Positions 25,178-37,654 of a stretch of 64,000 nt of DNA are shown here, in pieces. The stretch spans positions 496,001-560,000 of the forward strand of contig MU004195.1 in NCBI GenBank assembly GCA_010093605.1, in the 5' to 3' direction. A program made the translations under genes and the position numbers. The DNA comes from Lophium mytilinum (Eukaryota). The stretch's first letter is position 1; each line of letters starts with the position of its first letter. The notes under the pieces are model-generated. The model was not told where the DNA came from. It was given only the letters and a program-made list of their open reading frames with translations, and searched no databases.

Positions 25178-26987
25178 GTCTCACGGGATATTCTGGAAAG
25201 AATCGCGTAACATTTGGGAAGCATATATGAAAACAAAAAGCGTTCGTGCTGGAGCTTACATCTGGCTCGCGAGAAAATGAGGCAAAGGTTGAGATCGTGC
25301 GGGCGCCAACGCATACATACCAACTTTCTGCACTGTGGTTCTAGCGCTGCGCCTCAGCGGCACGGCTTTCTCTGAGTCCTGACGGAACGAATCAAATGAT
25401 CACAGCGACGAGGCTGGAGTGGGTACACAATACATCAAACATGCCTCGCAAGGCATTTCAGAGAGATCCGGTGAGTGAAGCTGCAGGTTTCGGCGCCGTG
25501 ATTGGTCGGCCTACTTCAGCCCTTGTTCGAATTGCCCAATCAAAGCTTGTGAGCTCGATACTATCTGCAGTGTACCGTGGCAGTGCAATTCAGCCTTGTA
25601 GGCGTTCGACTGCCCGTCCATACCATGGCAATGGGTCACTCAATCAAGATCCAAGATGCAGTAGCCACTGACCAGGAATTAAACCCCACTTTAGACGTGA
25701 GTACCCAAAGACCTCAGCCACCTACCAGTCGTCGCAGATTGATGCATGTCTAGGTTTCTTGGCATGGCCGTTATCACCAAGGCTGTTCCACTGTTAGCCT
25801 AGTGAGATATGAGATGCCACGTGACCTTAGCTGTGCAGTTTGAGGGGTTTAAGAAAAAGCAAATGAACACACTGGATGGCCATACCACGTTCTGCAGCGC
25901 TGGAGTATCTTCATTACCGCCCATGATTGTCTCGATAACTCCTTTCCCCGCACTCACCAAGGTATGTGGACTTAGGCAGACTCGACCTGGTCCAACTAGA
26001 TGACCTTTGGTGCGTTGACTTCCACCATCCTGTTCTCACGTGCGATCTGCACTTCCTACATGCACGGCGGGAACTCCCGCAACTTTAGCTTCAGCTGGAA
26101 GAGCTGAATAATAGCTTGAGCTCTGTAGATCCCACATGATTATGCGGAGAACATGGTGGTGTGGGATAAGACCTCTCTAGATTCAGCCTTCCCGTAAGTC
26201 TCGCCAAAGTCAATCACACCCCTCGAGACCTCCGCATGAAATCCGCACCCGAGCTGTGGAAGCTTTGTGAAAGCGGCTGGCTCAAGATAAGCTTCAATGC
26301 TTGGCCAAGTCTTGGAAGCTTACAGCGGAGCTGAAACCTTGAGAAAGTGCATCCCGCCTCTACGGAATCTTCGTTCTCTGTGCCTAAGTGGCTACTTCGT
26401 GCGGCAGCTGAAATGTCGAAAATGAAATCTAGAATGCGACTTACAGTCACACGACCTCCTGCCGTATCCTCTCGGCATCGGCACTGGAAGCCAGCTGAAG
26501 AGAGCATCTTGCTTTCATGCAAACGAGCGAGTGTCCAGACTAAACGCTGGGCAAGGAGATTCTTCCTATGAAGCTGATTTGCTGCGTCATATTGATCTTT
26601 GTAGTAAGTATATATATCCGTAAGTTAGTAAGCGCCTTCAGACAGCGCCGGAAAATTGGCGGACGTGATAGAGATTCTCGTCTGGCGGGATTCCCTTACG
26701 TGGCTGGCTGAGTGGCTTTGTCATTATAGCATCGTCCAACTATATGCGGCAGGCTTGGAGAGGAGCGGTGTGTACGGCAGGTGCGTGAGGTATATAGACC
26801 TCCTCTTTCCAGGCTACTCTCTTCTCTCTACTCTCCTATTTTCTCCGCTCTATTCTAAGACGCGACACACATACGCTCTATCACCTCTTTAGTGGACCTA
26901 GCAGTGACGTTTCGCTCTTTCGGAGGAGCTCTCCGGTGAACCACTTTTCCTACACACCACTCAAGCTGCCCAAATACGATAGCCACT

Positions 26988-28214
26988 ATGAGCCCTCAAC
27001 AAACACCCGTCAGCGGCACAGGGACTGCTACGAACGCGACGCAGGATTTGCTTAGCAGCTTTTACAACATCGACAACCTGGTCACCGTCAACATCACTCT
27101 TCCTGATGCCACTTGGCAAACCATAAAGAACGCTAGACCTCGCGGCGAGTTTGGATACATCGGCCCACCAGCGCGCTATGACTGGTACCAAGCCACCTCT
27201 GTCACGATATCCGGCACCAAGGTTGCGACACAAGCTACTACCTTTTCCAACGTTGGGATCATCAAGAAGTCCTTTGCCGGATCTTTCAGCACCACGAAAC
27301 CCTCGCTCCGCCTCGACTTCACAAAGTACGACAACAACGAGGCGGGTATCGAAACGTTGATTGGTACGAAAAGTTTGATCTTGAATAACTCGATCCAGGA
27401 TCCGGCCTACATCCGGCAGCCACTTGGCTATGAACTCTTCCGGCAAGCAGGCGTGCCCAACTTCCGCTGCAACTTCGCGAAGGTCATTGTCAATGGTACC
27501 AACATGGGAGTGTTCGTGAACCTCGAGCCATTGAAGAAGCGCTTCATGGAAAATCATTTCGCGGGCAATGACAAGGGCAACGCCTATGAGATCGAGCTTG
27601 ATCAGGATTTCAACGCTTCCACACTTGACTCGGGCCATATGAGCTTTGAAGGCTTCTCAAAGTACGAAGACAAGAAGGACGTCAGACTCGTTGCCGGGCA
27701 GATCGTTTCCGGGGGCTTGGCGGCTGCGCAGCAAGTGGTGGATTTGGATGCTTTCATTCGCTTCTTTGCGATGGAGTCGCTCTTGAAGCACTGGGATGGT
27801 TACACGCAGCAAACGAACAATACCTACGTCTACAACGACAAAAGAGCTGTTGAGAACCCAGCCGTCGCCGATGTGAAGCTTAAGTTCATCCCCTCGGGTA
27901 TCGATCAGATTCTTCAAGAGGACCGCGGCTTTCGCCTGGGGAGTAAGGCGGTGCTTGCTCAGCTAGTCAAGTCTGATGCCAACGCCGCCACCAAGGCGAA
28001 GCTGTTTGCGCAAATCCGCCAGTATGCAAACACGATCTTCAGCCCGACGAACCAGGATACTGTTCTCAAGCCACTGGTAGACCGTATAGTGGCCGTTCTG
28101 ATGAGCGCGGGCGTTAGCTCTAGTGAGGTCGCGGGGCCCATCGATGTCGTCAGAAAGCAACTCAAGCTGGTGAGGGGAGGAGCTTTTCAACTCATTGGAG
28201 AAAGAGAGACGTAG
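26988..28214 (+). CDS. cotH: CotH-family atypical kinase, intronless, no signal peptide
   Basis: NVGIIKKSF.GSFSTTKPSLRLDF, LILNNSIQDPAYIRQ.LGYELFRQAGVP..RCNFAKV.VNG..MGVFVNLE, DLDAFIRFFAME.LL.HWDGY...NN.YVY, FIPSGIDQ. Confidence 0.85.
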   Translation: MSPQQTPVSGTGTATNATQDLLSSFYNIDNLVTVNITLPDATWQTIKNARPRGEFGYIGPPARYDWYQATSVTISGTKVATQATTFSNVGIIKKSFAGSFSTTKPSLRLDFTKYDNNEAGIETLIGTKSLILNNSIQDPAYIRQPLGYELFRQAGVPNFRCNFAKVIVNGTNMGVFVNLEPLKKRFMENHFAGNDKGNAYEIELDQDFNASTLDSGHMSFEGFSKYEDKKDVRLVAGQIVSGGLAAAQQVVDLDAFIRFFAMESLLKHWDGYTQQTNNTYVYNDKRAVENPAVADVKLKFIPSGIDQILQEDRGFRLGSKAVLAQLVKSDANAATKAKLFAQIRQYANTIFSPTNQDTVLKPLVDRIVAVLMSAGVSSSEVAGPIDVVRKQLKLVRGGAFQLIGERET

Positions 28215-28864
28215 TGTGTATAGCTGAAGAATCGATATCGGAAGGTGAGCGCGAGGTGCTTGATACGGATTGATGCTGGACGAAGGTTGACATTCTTTTA
28301 TGCTTAATACACCATCACGTGCTGCTTTATCAAATTATATATCTTCTCCTAAATAACGCGTTTCAACACCCCAATGTGCACCCTATCCGACCCCTGTGCG
28401 CACGTGATTACTCCTGTCGATAACGAGACCGATGTTACGAGGTATACCGCCACCCATAGCTGAGATGAACACCGGATGTAGAAGCGTGCGGAAAGAACAC
28501 CGGCCTAGAGAGTATGTAGATTGAGCCGCTTGACAAGAGGAGGTATGATTTCGGCGTAGGATCTTCCAAAAATAACAATTTGATTTAGCTTCTGGATTAA
28601 GCGCGTATATTTCTGTACAGCCATTTCGTATAGACTTGAGGTTACTCAAACTGCGAGAGACATGACCTTGCTGGCGGCGCTTCAAGAGATGTACAAAGCC
28701 CTAAACTTAAAGCGACTTGAATCTTTAACATTCATTATTTCTCTGATTATGGGTAAAGCGACTAACCGCGAGTCCTGAGGTATCATTACTCCCATCGAAT
28801 CAGTCCGAAAGTGTCATCCATTTGGCGTCCCGTTCTTTCTGTGACAGTGAGGCTGGTACTCTAA

Positions 28865-30267
28865 TTACTCTAAAGCCGTACTCGTTGGCCTTAACGGTAA
28901 GCCTGCCTTCAAGTATGTTGCATCGATCATCTCCAACTGCTTGATCGAGTCTTTACTATCAATCCATACTCCAGACCCTTCCCGCTTCTTGACACGGTTC
29001 ACAAACTCCTCCAATTGGTACCTGTATGTACTCCACCATTCCTCGCCCACTTGGCCTTCCTCTAGCCATCGGTACACTTTCACAGTCTTCTTCTCCGTCC
29101 ATTTCTTGATCAACTTCTCCCCACGAGGTGGGTGCAGCGTATGCTGCTCGATGATCTCGATCCGATGCCAATGCGTCGGCATCATGTAGTTCGTAAACAC
29201 GAACGCCCTTTGCACAACATGACTTGGACCTTCAGAATCTGAAATATCCTGCTCCTTCAGCTTCACAGTAATCGTAGGCAGGCCCTTGAAGTAGCCAGGC
29301 CAATATGCCGTCAGCCAGGGCAAGGGCAGCCCACCGCGTGCCTGCAGATCAACCTCGATACTCCCTTTCGCGCCACCCGGGAACTCGTACGTCGCACGCA
29401 TGGCCTCGTCGATCCTGTCGTCCGCTGCCGCTTTCCGCGGCTCGGCTGAGATGACACTGACGGGCTCCGCGCGGAATACTTGCCGAAGCGTGCTGAGGGC
29501 GTAGGTCCCGAAGTCCATAAGCGTTCCGCCGGCGAGCGAGTAGTTGAAACGGATGTCGTCTAAGGGGAAGAAGCCAGCGAAGAGATACTGCGACACGGTA
29601 GCTGACGCTATGTCGGATCCATCGAAGAGCGAGAGGAAGGTCTGCCATGCCGGGTGGAAACGGTAATGAAATGCCTCGAGGAGAACCGGCGGGTCCGGCG
29701 ATGATAGGAGCGGAAGGTTGAAGAGGGAGGCGGCTTCGATGGCGTTGGAGGTGCTAGGTTTCTCGAGGAGAACATGCTTTCCGGCTTTGAGGGATTTGAC
29801 GGCCCATTCGTAGTGGAGGCCGTTGGGCAGGGGGATGTAGACGGCGGTGATGGTAGAGTCCGCGAGGAGGGCTGGCGCATGTTAGAATAGTTTGATGAAG
29901 GTTCGATGAAGGTATGGTCAAGTAACGCTGCTACCGCTGATCCGACCAGAAAGAACGTACCCTCATACGAATCATGCACAATGGGAATACCATGCTTCTT
30001 CGCATACGCCTGCGCCTTGCTCTTATCACGTGAAGCGATTGCCGCGACGATCACCTCAGGATGGCTGCGGGAAGGGCCGATTATGGCATTCGGACTGAGC
30101 AGCAGAGTCAGTTTCGAAAATTAAAGATCAGGTGTAGAATAAGAGGCTACCTACGCGATCCACGAAGCTCCGAATAAACCAAATCGAATCGCATTCTCCT
30201 TCTTCGGGGCTACTGGCGGGGACATGGCGCTGGAATTCCGCTTCAGAAACCCGATCAAGGACGCCAT
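28865..30267 (-). CDS. Gfo/Idh/MocA family NAD(P)-dependent oxidoreductase (3 exons)
   Basis: IRFGLFGAS.IA, VAAIASRD, VYIPLPNGLHYEW, GKHVLLEKP, EAFHYRFHPAW, LAGGTLMDFGTYA. Confidence 0.9.
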
Positions 30268-30757
30268 ATTCCTTGACTATATGACGTACACTCCACCGTG
30301 TGAGAGAAGAAATGTAAATGATGCAGGTAAAGTTGAACGGCCGGGGAATCGTCTCGGATGATACGATACTCGTGCCCATGTGATCGACACCCCCATGCAG
30401 TTACCCCTCCTTCTCAACCAATCAGAGGCGCAGTCTTTTGCCATTTTCTTAACCAAACAGGGAAGCATCATTTTTTGCTCCAATCTCCAAAATCACTTTG
30501 AAGGGCTAGCTCAAAGACGCTTGGGACGGAGAGATGGTGTTGCAGTGCACTGGCGTCTTTTTCAAACGCATAGCCAGGTATAAGAAAACCCGTTCAAACC
30601 TCCTCAATGCCCGTCACGTCCACCCTATCTTTCTAAGAGAAGTCTCGTAACTTTGACCCGCTCTGCAAGATGAAGACTTGATATCAGCCAGCAACTCTAA
30701 GTCTCGAGTATAGTACTATCTACAGCTGAGCCACAGAACCAACACTCCATCGGCAAA

Positions 30758-31699
30758 TCAGTTCAGCGGCGTTTGTTCGAGCACATCTTCAAGTGAACAA
30801 GAATATCCTGAGCAACTCACTTCCACTCGATTACTCAGTCTGGGATCATAGTCAGGCTGCTCCCACAGCGGCACAGCAGGAGCAATTCTACGGTAGCGTG
30901 CCGTATCTTCCAATCCAAAATCCCAGTCTCCTCGACCGAAGACAAAGTCGGCTTCCAGAGCATGCGTTCTCCGCCAGCGATTTGCGAAGTACTTGTTGAT
31001 CAGATCCTCGACATCCTCGTCGCCATTGTCGTCGACGTCGACAATAAGCGTTTCGCTCACGTGCTGTGAAATGAACCTCAATATGTACTCTAGCTAGTTG
31101 CCTCCAATCGCTCTTTCGCTATTAGTCAAGGTATTGTACGGCCATGGTCCAATGGAGTGGAAGAACCCATTCATGTTCGTGTGCTGCTTCGCTACGATGA
31201 CCAGTTTGGTCAAGCGGGCAAGGATCGGAGACCAGAGCTGGATGTCGATAAATGGCTTCCCGCCACCCTCCAGGACCAATTGCAGGTTGCATATATGTGC
31301 TATGTCGTCGGGACCGAGTTTTCTTTCGAGCAGTTCTCCGCCGTCGTAATTGAGCCGATACTGGAATGTGGTTTGCCGAGAGAGAACATCACCGGCTTCG
31401 AAGCGAATTTGGCTCGAAACACCGAGAAAGCCCATTCCAGGAGGTCTTACCTCATGTCGACGGTGGTCGTCAAGAAGGAAAAGGTCGATGAAGGAGTCCC
31501 GGGAGAGACAGTGGCGGTAAATCTCTATGCGTAGTTCCGCTGGCAGGTCGAGGAAGCCTGGAGATATCGATTTCGGCTTCGATGGACTTGGAGTCGAGCT
31601 CTTCTTCATGTCGACAACGGCCTTGTGACCTGCAAAGAAGACGGCCAGTATCCGAGCCAGATTCCGCATTCGATGCTGATCCCTGGAGTTGGATGCCAT
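30758..31699 (-). pseudogene. F-box-like (FLDLPAELRIEIY) protein with one in-frame stop
   Basis: The two ORFs share a frame and are separated only by TAG at 31096-31094 (N*LEYILRFI; probably TGG originally). Confidence 0.65.
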
Positions 31700-31912
31700 C
31701 TGCGATGGAGAGGAAGTCCCTTCTTTTCAAATATGTGGATAGTTGTCTACTCAAATACTGGGTTGAGCGCCGCGCGTTCAACAAAGTCAAGACTAGGCAG
31801 CGACATGAGAAATAGTCACGTGCCCAGTCTTGTGTATCAAGATTCAGCCCGAGGTGACATTCTATCTTCCAAGGTTGGTTGTTCCTTCTTGCAGTTGATT
31901 ATTCTACAATCA

Positions 31913-33727
31913 TCAGCCGATACTTGGGTGGAGGAAATCGAAGTTCTCCTTCAGCTGCGACACGACTCGTTCGAAGACCTCTTTCTGAAATGCCTCATCA
32001 TGGAGGTTGCTCGCCCGACAGTCAAAGTTACATCGGATACATCTCCGCACGGCGTCACTAAACTTATCTCCTGCCTCACTATACAAATCATCGACGATGC
32101 GGTCAGCTGTGTTCCACTGTGTCCTTAGGTCCACGCTGGCATCCCCCGAATCTATCGATCCGTCCTCTGGCTTGTGAAGCTCACAAAGGGACTTTCCATA
32201 CCAGAGTTCTATCAGAAATACTCCAAGGGAGAATAGGGTGGGATTGCGGATGATGCGACTCATTGAAGTGGGTATTTTGCTCGACTGAAATGGTGTTGAT
32301 GTCTGGCTGAAATGCTGCGAGACGAATGGGTGATTGTAAAGTATGCCGCCCGATCTTTCGATGAAGAACACATTCCCCTTTCCCCAATCTTCAAGCCAAG
32401 GGGTCTCATGAAGCTGTAGGACGCTGGAGGATAGGGTAACGGCCAATTGAAGCCGATCCTGACGGGTGAACTTTGGGTCTTGCAAGACCTGTCGAATAGA
32501 CGCAACATTCCATGACTCGGGATTCATTGGCGGATCCTGGTGGGGATATATCAGGATGCCGTACTTCTGCTTCGCATATTCTTCAATAAGGAAAGGCAGG
32601 CAAACATCTCGTTGAGGCTTTTGGAGTGCACTGATGGCTGCGCATAAATTTTGAATTGGCTGAAGGTTCGGATGCGGATCGAGGGCGGCCTTCACAGCTT
32701 TCTTTGCCTGGGCTGCGAATCGAACCCCTTTGGTGCCACCAGCCGGACAAGGCTGCGGTTGAGGTGAAAGTGTCTGCTGGAGTTTGATCCGCACCTCGGC
32801 CTCCTCCCAAATCCAGGGAGACGCGGCGGGAGGGCTGGAGAGTCCAGAATGCGAATGGCTGTATCGAAATAAAACATGAAATGGATCGCGCATGTTCTCA
32901 TTGTCGCTGTCGCTTTCGTCGTCGCTTGGCATATCTTCCATTCGAGACTCTAGGCGGAGATTGACGCTGTGGTCCGCATGGCAAGGGCACTTCCACCCGG
33001 AGCTCAACGCGGAGTAGAAACCTTGAGCGCGATCATGGATGACGTTGAATTTCGGCATGGTCTGGCGGTACGACTTGGCGTTAGCACTGTTGAGGTTTCC
33101 AAGAGAAATGGTCTGAGTGGTCATTCGGTAGAGCCCAAGATTTGCTGCTCGAATCGATTGCATTACATCATCATAGTCGCTTTTCTTAAGGCTGAAGCAC
33201 AGCCTCTTGTAATGCTCTTTGAAAGCGCTGTGATCATAGAACTGAGGCTGATGAGAATTAGAGCGGTCACGTGACGTTTGTTGAGATGTGAGACCTCGGG
33301 ATCAAGTGAGACATCGAAAGTTGAGGGTAAAACATACCTTGCCAGACCCATCAAGCTTCAGTCTCTGCAAGAACTTACTCACAGCTGCGTCCATCGATTC
33401 AATGGTGTCGATGTACGATTCGTAGGTAGTGCCAAGACGGTCCTTCAGTTTCTTCTCAAACTTCGCGTCCTTCCATCGCGTCCCACGTGGATCTTTCAGA
33501 AAGTCCGCCATCTCTCTCGGTTTAACGACACCAATGAGCAGCATGTTGATCGAGTTCAGGCACATCGTGCTTTCACACTTCAGCTCCACGGCAAGGCCCT
33601 TGATCCCTTCTCGGTACTTCCAATACCGTTTGGAGACGGCGATTCCTTTACCGTAGAACTCCAGTCCAGCGAGGATGAGCGGAATCGAGCCGAGGACGAG
33701 CCCCGCTGTCTCAACGCCAGTCACCAT
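31913..33727 (-). CDS. HeLo-like N-terminal + degenerate kinase-like C-terminal (DUF7580-type) protein
   Basis: MVTGVETAGLVLGSIPLILAGLEFY N-terminus; intron 33337-33248; WKCPCHADHSVNLRLE; RLQLAVTLSSSVLQLHETPWL, IRNPTLFSLGVFLIELWYG, DAVRRCIRCNFD. Confidence 0.75.
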
Positions 33728-33962
33728 GATGTTAATGGGATTGTTGAAGGAGGGAAGGAGGTAATTGTCAGACAAGGCTGAGAGAGGAGCTGAAGACGTG
33801 GCGGGTCACGGAAGAAGCGGGGTGCTCCTTTGGCCCCCAAATTTGGAGGCTGAGAAGTGATATCGCAGGCTATCGCTAACGACCATCACCATTCTAAACC
33901 TCACGGAAACTCTCCCCTTCTTCAGGACTCCAGAAGACACAATTCCGTGGCATGCGTGAAAT

Positions 33963-36900
33963 ATGGAAACCCTCCATCTTGCTTCCCAGGTCACCGACTG
34001 TGGACGCGACTTTCGGAGCCTTGGTGAAGCACTGAAGCAAGTTCCCCGTTTCGCGGCGCAAGTGTCACCAGAAAAGATCAACGATGAGTTCGATAGGTTC
34101 AAGATATGGGCTGGAAACGTTGCTGCCCACAGAAAAGGGCGGCGAAGTTTAGAGTATCGCCTTCGCGATGCAGTTCATCTCAAGAATGAAGCAGGCGAGC
34201 TTCTTACAGCCTTGCAAGAATCTCTGAACAACAGTAAGTAATTCTGAGGAATCAAATATATGAAACCATCACTCATGCAATACTAGCTCTGAGCATTGTT
34301 ACTGGAGAGAAAGTACCATGGGATGAGATGTCTGATTCTGATACAGATTCCGGTACTGAAGCTGGTTCTCCGGAGCCCGACACGAGAGCGCTGGAAGATG
34401 AAACGGAGTTGAAGCAATTATTCTCTGGAATACGAGACACGATAAGTTGCCTTTTTCGCCTTTCGATGGCTATCCGAAATCCTGCCCCAAATACCCAATC
34501 CGGCAGTACCATCACTGCGGACAAATCCTACTACGAAGACTACGATATTGAACACGTGAGGGCAAAATTCCACGAGGAGAAGTTCCACAATTGCGACAAA
34601 GTCTTGATGGAACGACTGGGCAGAGCCATCTCAGCTCGGCGTCAGTATTTGAGTTATCGCGAAGAGCATTATAAGAAGTTGGCAAAAGGAGTCGAGAAAA
34701 TTGGATTCGAAGAGGCAAGGACTGAACAAACGGCGAACAGCACTGAAGCATCACCCATGCCAAAACTCCTCGGCACTCCTACAGATGATAATAGATTAGT
34801 TGAGGATAAGCTGGTCGATGACGGAGAAGATGACTTATCTCAATCGTCCCGTGCTACATCAACGAATGCGACGATCCGGGTGCCCTCTTTGCCGAAGGAG
34901 TCATTAGAAAACGAACACTACGAATGTCCCCTTTGTTTCATGATCGTTTCCATACACACGAGACCGGCTTGGAAGTACGGCATTTCCCGATTCTTCGCAA
35001 GACGTGTTGCTGACCGCTCACAGGGAACATGTGTACCGCGACCTTCATCCTTACGCTTGCACGTTCAAGCACTGCAATACAGCCGACCGCCTGTATGATT
35101 CTCGGAGAGCATGGTTCAAGCATGAAATGGAAGCCCACAGAGCTGTATGGCAATGCATAGAGGGGTGTGAGAAGGCGTTTCCTTCAGAAAATGACTTTGT
35201 ACAACATGCCCAGCGAGCACACCCTGAAGTTGCTTCTCAAGAAGCCATAGCGATCTTGAAGAAGACCTCGATACGAAGCGCATACGGGACGGATAAAGCC
35301 AGCTGTCCGATATGTGACCAGTCCATGAGTCTTCGGGCTCTGCAAAAACATTTGGGTCGCCATCAAGAGCAGCTGGCACTGTTCGCACTGCCGGTCAATG
35401 AGGACGACGCTGAAGATGAAGATGATGGCCCAAACTCCACTGAAGAACCAGAGCAGCAAGAATCGGGTGACCAGCGCTTCGAAAGAACTAGCTCAAGTTC
35501 TGAAGATGAAGACGTTGACATACCGGCCGTCCGCGACCATACCACCGATCGATTCAAGACCATAGGGTATGAGTACATTCCGCGCGAGTTCGACGAGGCC
35601 GGCGAGAAGAAAGTGACGGTCACTGGGTATCTGCTGGACGGCCGCGAGTATAAGTGCCGGACATTCTTCACCCTGAACAGAGGCGATAAGCTATTTATGC
35701 TCGCAACGGAGTGTGCTCGCGTATTAGGTTACAGCCACTCCGACTTTCTCTTCAAGGAGAACAGGTCGCTGTACAAAATCATTGCTACACAGGTTGACAA
35801 GGACGACCTTATCCGACAAGAAATACTGCCATACTCGTACCGGTCGCGCCAGATCGCACTTGTGACCGCCCGGTCTATGTTCCGGCAGTTCGGCAGCAGA
35901 CTTGTTTTGAATGGAAGACCTGTCCGCGACGATTATTGGGAGAGCAAGGCTAGAAAGCAAGAATCTGCAGCCGATGGAGCCCCGCTCTCTCCCGTCTCCC
36001 CCGATTCAGGTCCCACAGACCCAAACCTCCCCAAAGTGCCTTCCGGGTGGATGTCTCAATGGGATAATCTGTAGGTCCCTCCTTCCCCTCCTCCGACCAA
36101 CGATTTCCTTCCCCTTCATACCTCAGTGCTATCCACCGCGCATACGTGTTCTTTCACTAGATAATCGCTTACACCCGTTATCTTTACTAGCTACCCCGAA
36201 CACTACTACAGCCAATTCGCTTCCGGCGCCTCCCAGTGGACTATCCCTACCTTCGTCGCGCCTACCGCGCGCCCGGCGCTTCGCCCGCTGGCACACCGGC
36301 CCAGCGTAGGACTAGAACCAAGCGAAGGCCAGACGGAGCGTGACCAAAGCAAGAACAATCGCAGCAACGGTGATGAAACAAGTGTTGAAAAGACAATCGA
36401 AAGCCGCGTTGCTCGCATCAAAGCTCGTGTCGCTGGACTCACTGGTGATGCGAAAGTCGAGCAGGAGGATTTTGATACAGTCTTGGCGGCCGATAATGGC
36501 AAGTTCAGATGGCCACATCTCCCGGAGGCTGGGCGAGATGGGAAGGAGTTTGCGTGTCCGTACTGCTCTATGATTATCAGGGTTGACAGCCAAAGTTGGA
36601 AGTAAGTACCCTACAAACCCCGAATAAGGGATGCCTAATTCTGACCATTTGTTAGAAAGCATGTGTATTCGGACCTTGGGCCTTATATCGCGACTGGAAA
36701 TGCCGAGAAACAAGCTGCAGATGAGGTCACCGAGAGCACGAAGACAGTACACAAGGGAGCTGACACCAAATCTACAACTGAATCCGAGCAGACAGCAGTT
36801 CCAACAGCTGCAGATAATTCTAGAGTCACAGATAAGCTTCAGCATCTCTTCGAACCTTCGCCGAGAGATACGGGAGACTTCGACGATGGCGTTAACAAAT

Positions 36901-37654
36901 CCGCTCCCGCCAGTACGGTTGCTTCAGACCTGCTTGAGCATATTACCGAGCAGGTGCGCGGCCAGCTGCTGAATGACTCGAAGGGAAAGGGCGCTGAAGA
37001 TGGCGCTATCCGTACTCAGGAAGCAGATGACGATTGGGAATTTTCCACTACCACTAAAAAGGACAAGAAGGGCAAGAAAGGGGCTAGTGAAGTTGTTCAT
37101 GAGCCGCTTGTAGAGGTATCACCACCAGCAGAGCCGATTCCAGCTGCAAGAGACAATTCGGAATCCTTCGCTAAGGGCGACGAGGACAAGGGGAAGAAGC
37201 GGCGACATGAGCTCGAGGACGCCGTGAGCAAGGCCCTCAAGATCCACCCTACCTACACCAAAATCCACAAGGATCACCTCTCTATGGACACCCTACTTTA
37301 CTATGAGATTCCGTGGGAATATGACAAGGTTTGTTGCCTTCTTTCCGCAGTATCCCTTCGCTACTACTTTCACTGAATTGTGCTAACCTCTATCGTTAGC
37401 ACGACCACGATTACTTCGTCATCCTGCGCGAACTGGATGAGCGCGACACAGACGTGTTGTTCGAGCACACGCGCCGCCTTCGCTCCAGGGATACTTCTCG
37501 CCTCCTACCGATCGAAGAGCGCACCCGCCACGGCAATCCTGAGTACGCGTGGGTGCGGCACAAGGAGCGCCAGCCAAGTAGGAGTCCAGGCCGAAGACTC
37601 AGCTTGCCGACAAGGGCTGTTGGGATCGGGAGTATGCCAGAGAAGAAGAAGTAG
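33963..37654 (+). CDS. Mosaic C2H2 zinc-finger protein with Rsc7/Swp82-like, WW and additional domains (6 exons)
   Basis: RFKIWAGNVAAH..SLEYRLRDA N-terminus; YECPLCF..W|EHVYRDLHPYACTF..C; CPIC..LQKHLGRHQEQLALFALP; Rsc7/Swp82-like block ~35570-35960; WW motif split by an intron (VPSGW..QWD|..YY...SGASQWTIP); second FACPYC..W|KHVYSDLGPY; C-terminal PTYTKIHKDHLS.DTL.YY.IPWEYD..LFEHTRRLR. Confidence 0.75.

Noticed and set aside
26961..27638. Long antisense ORFs over CotH and other GC-rich genes
   Set aside because: Shadow ORFs expected from codon bias; no independent motifs.
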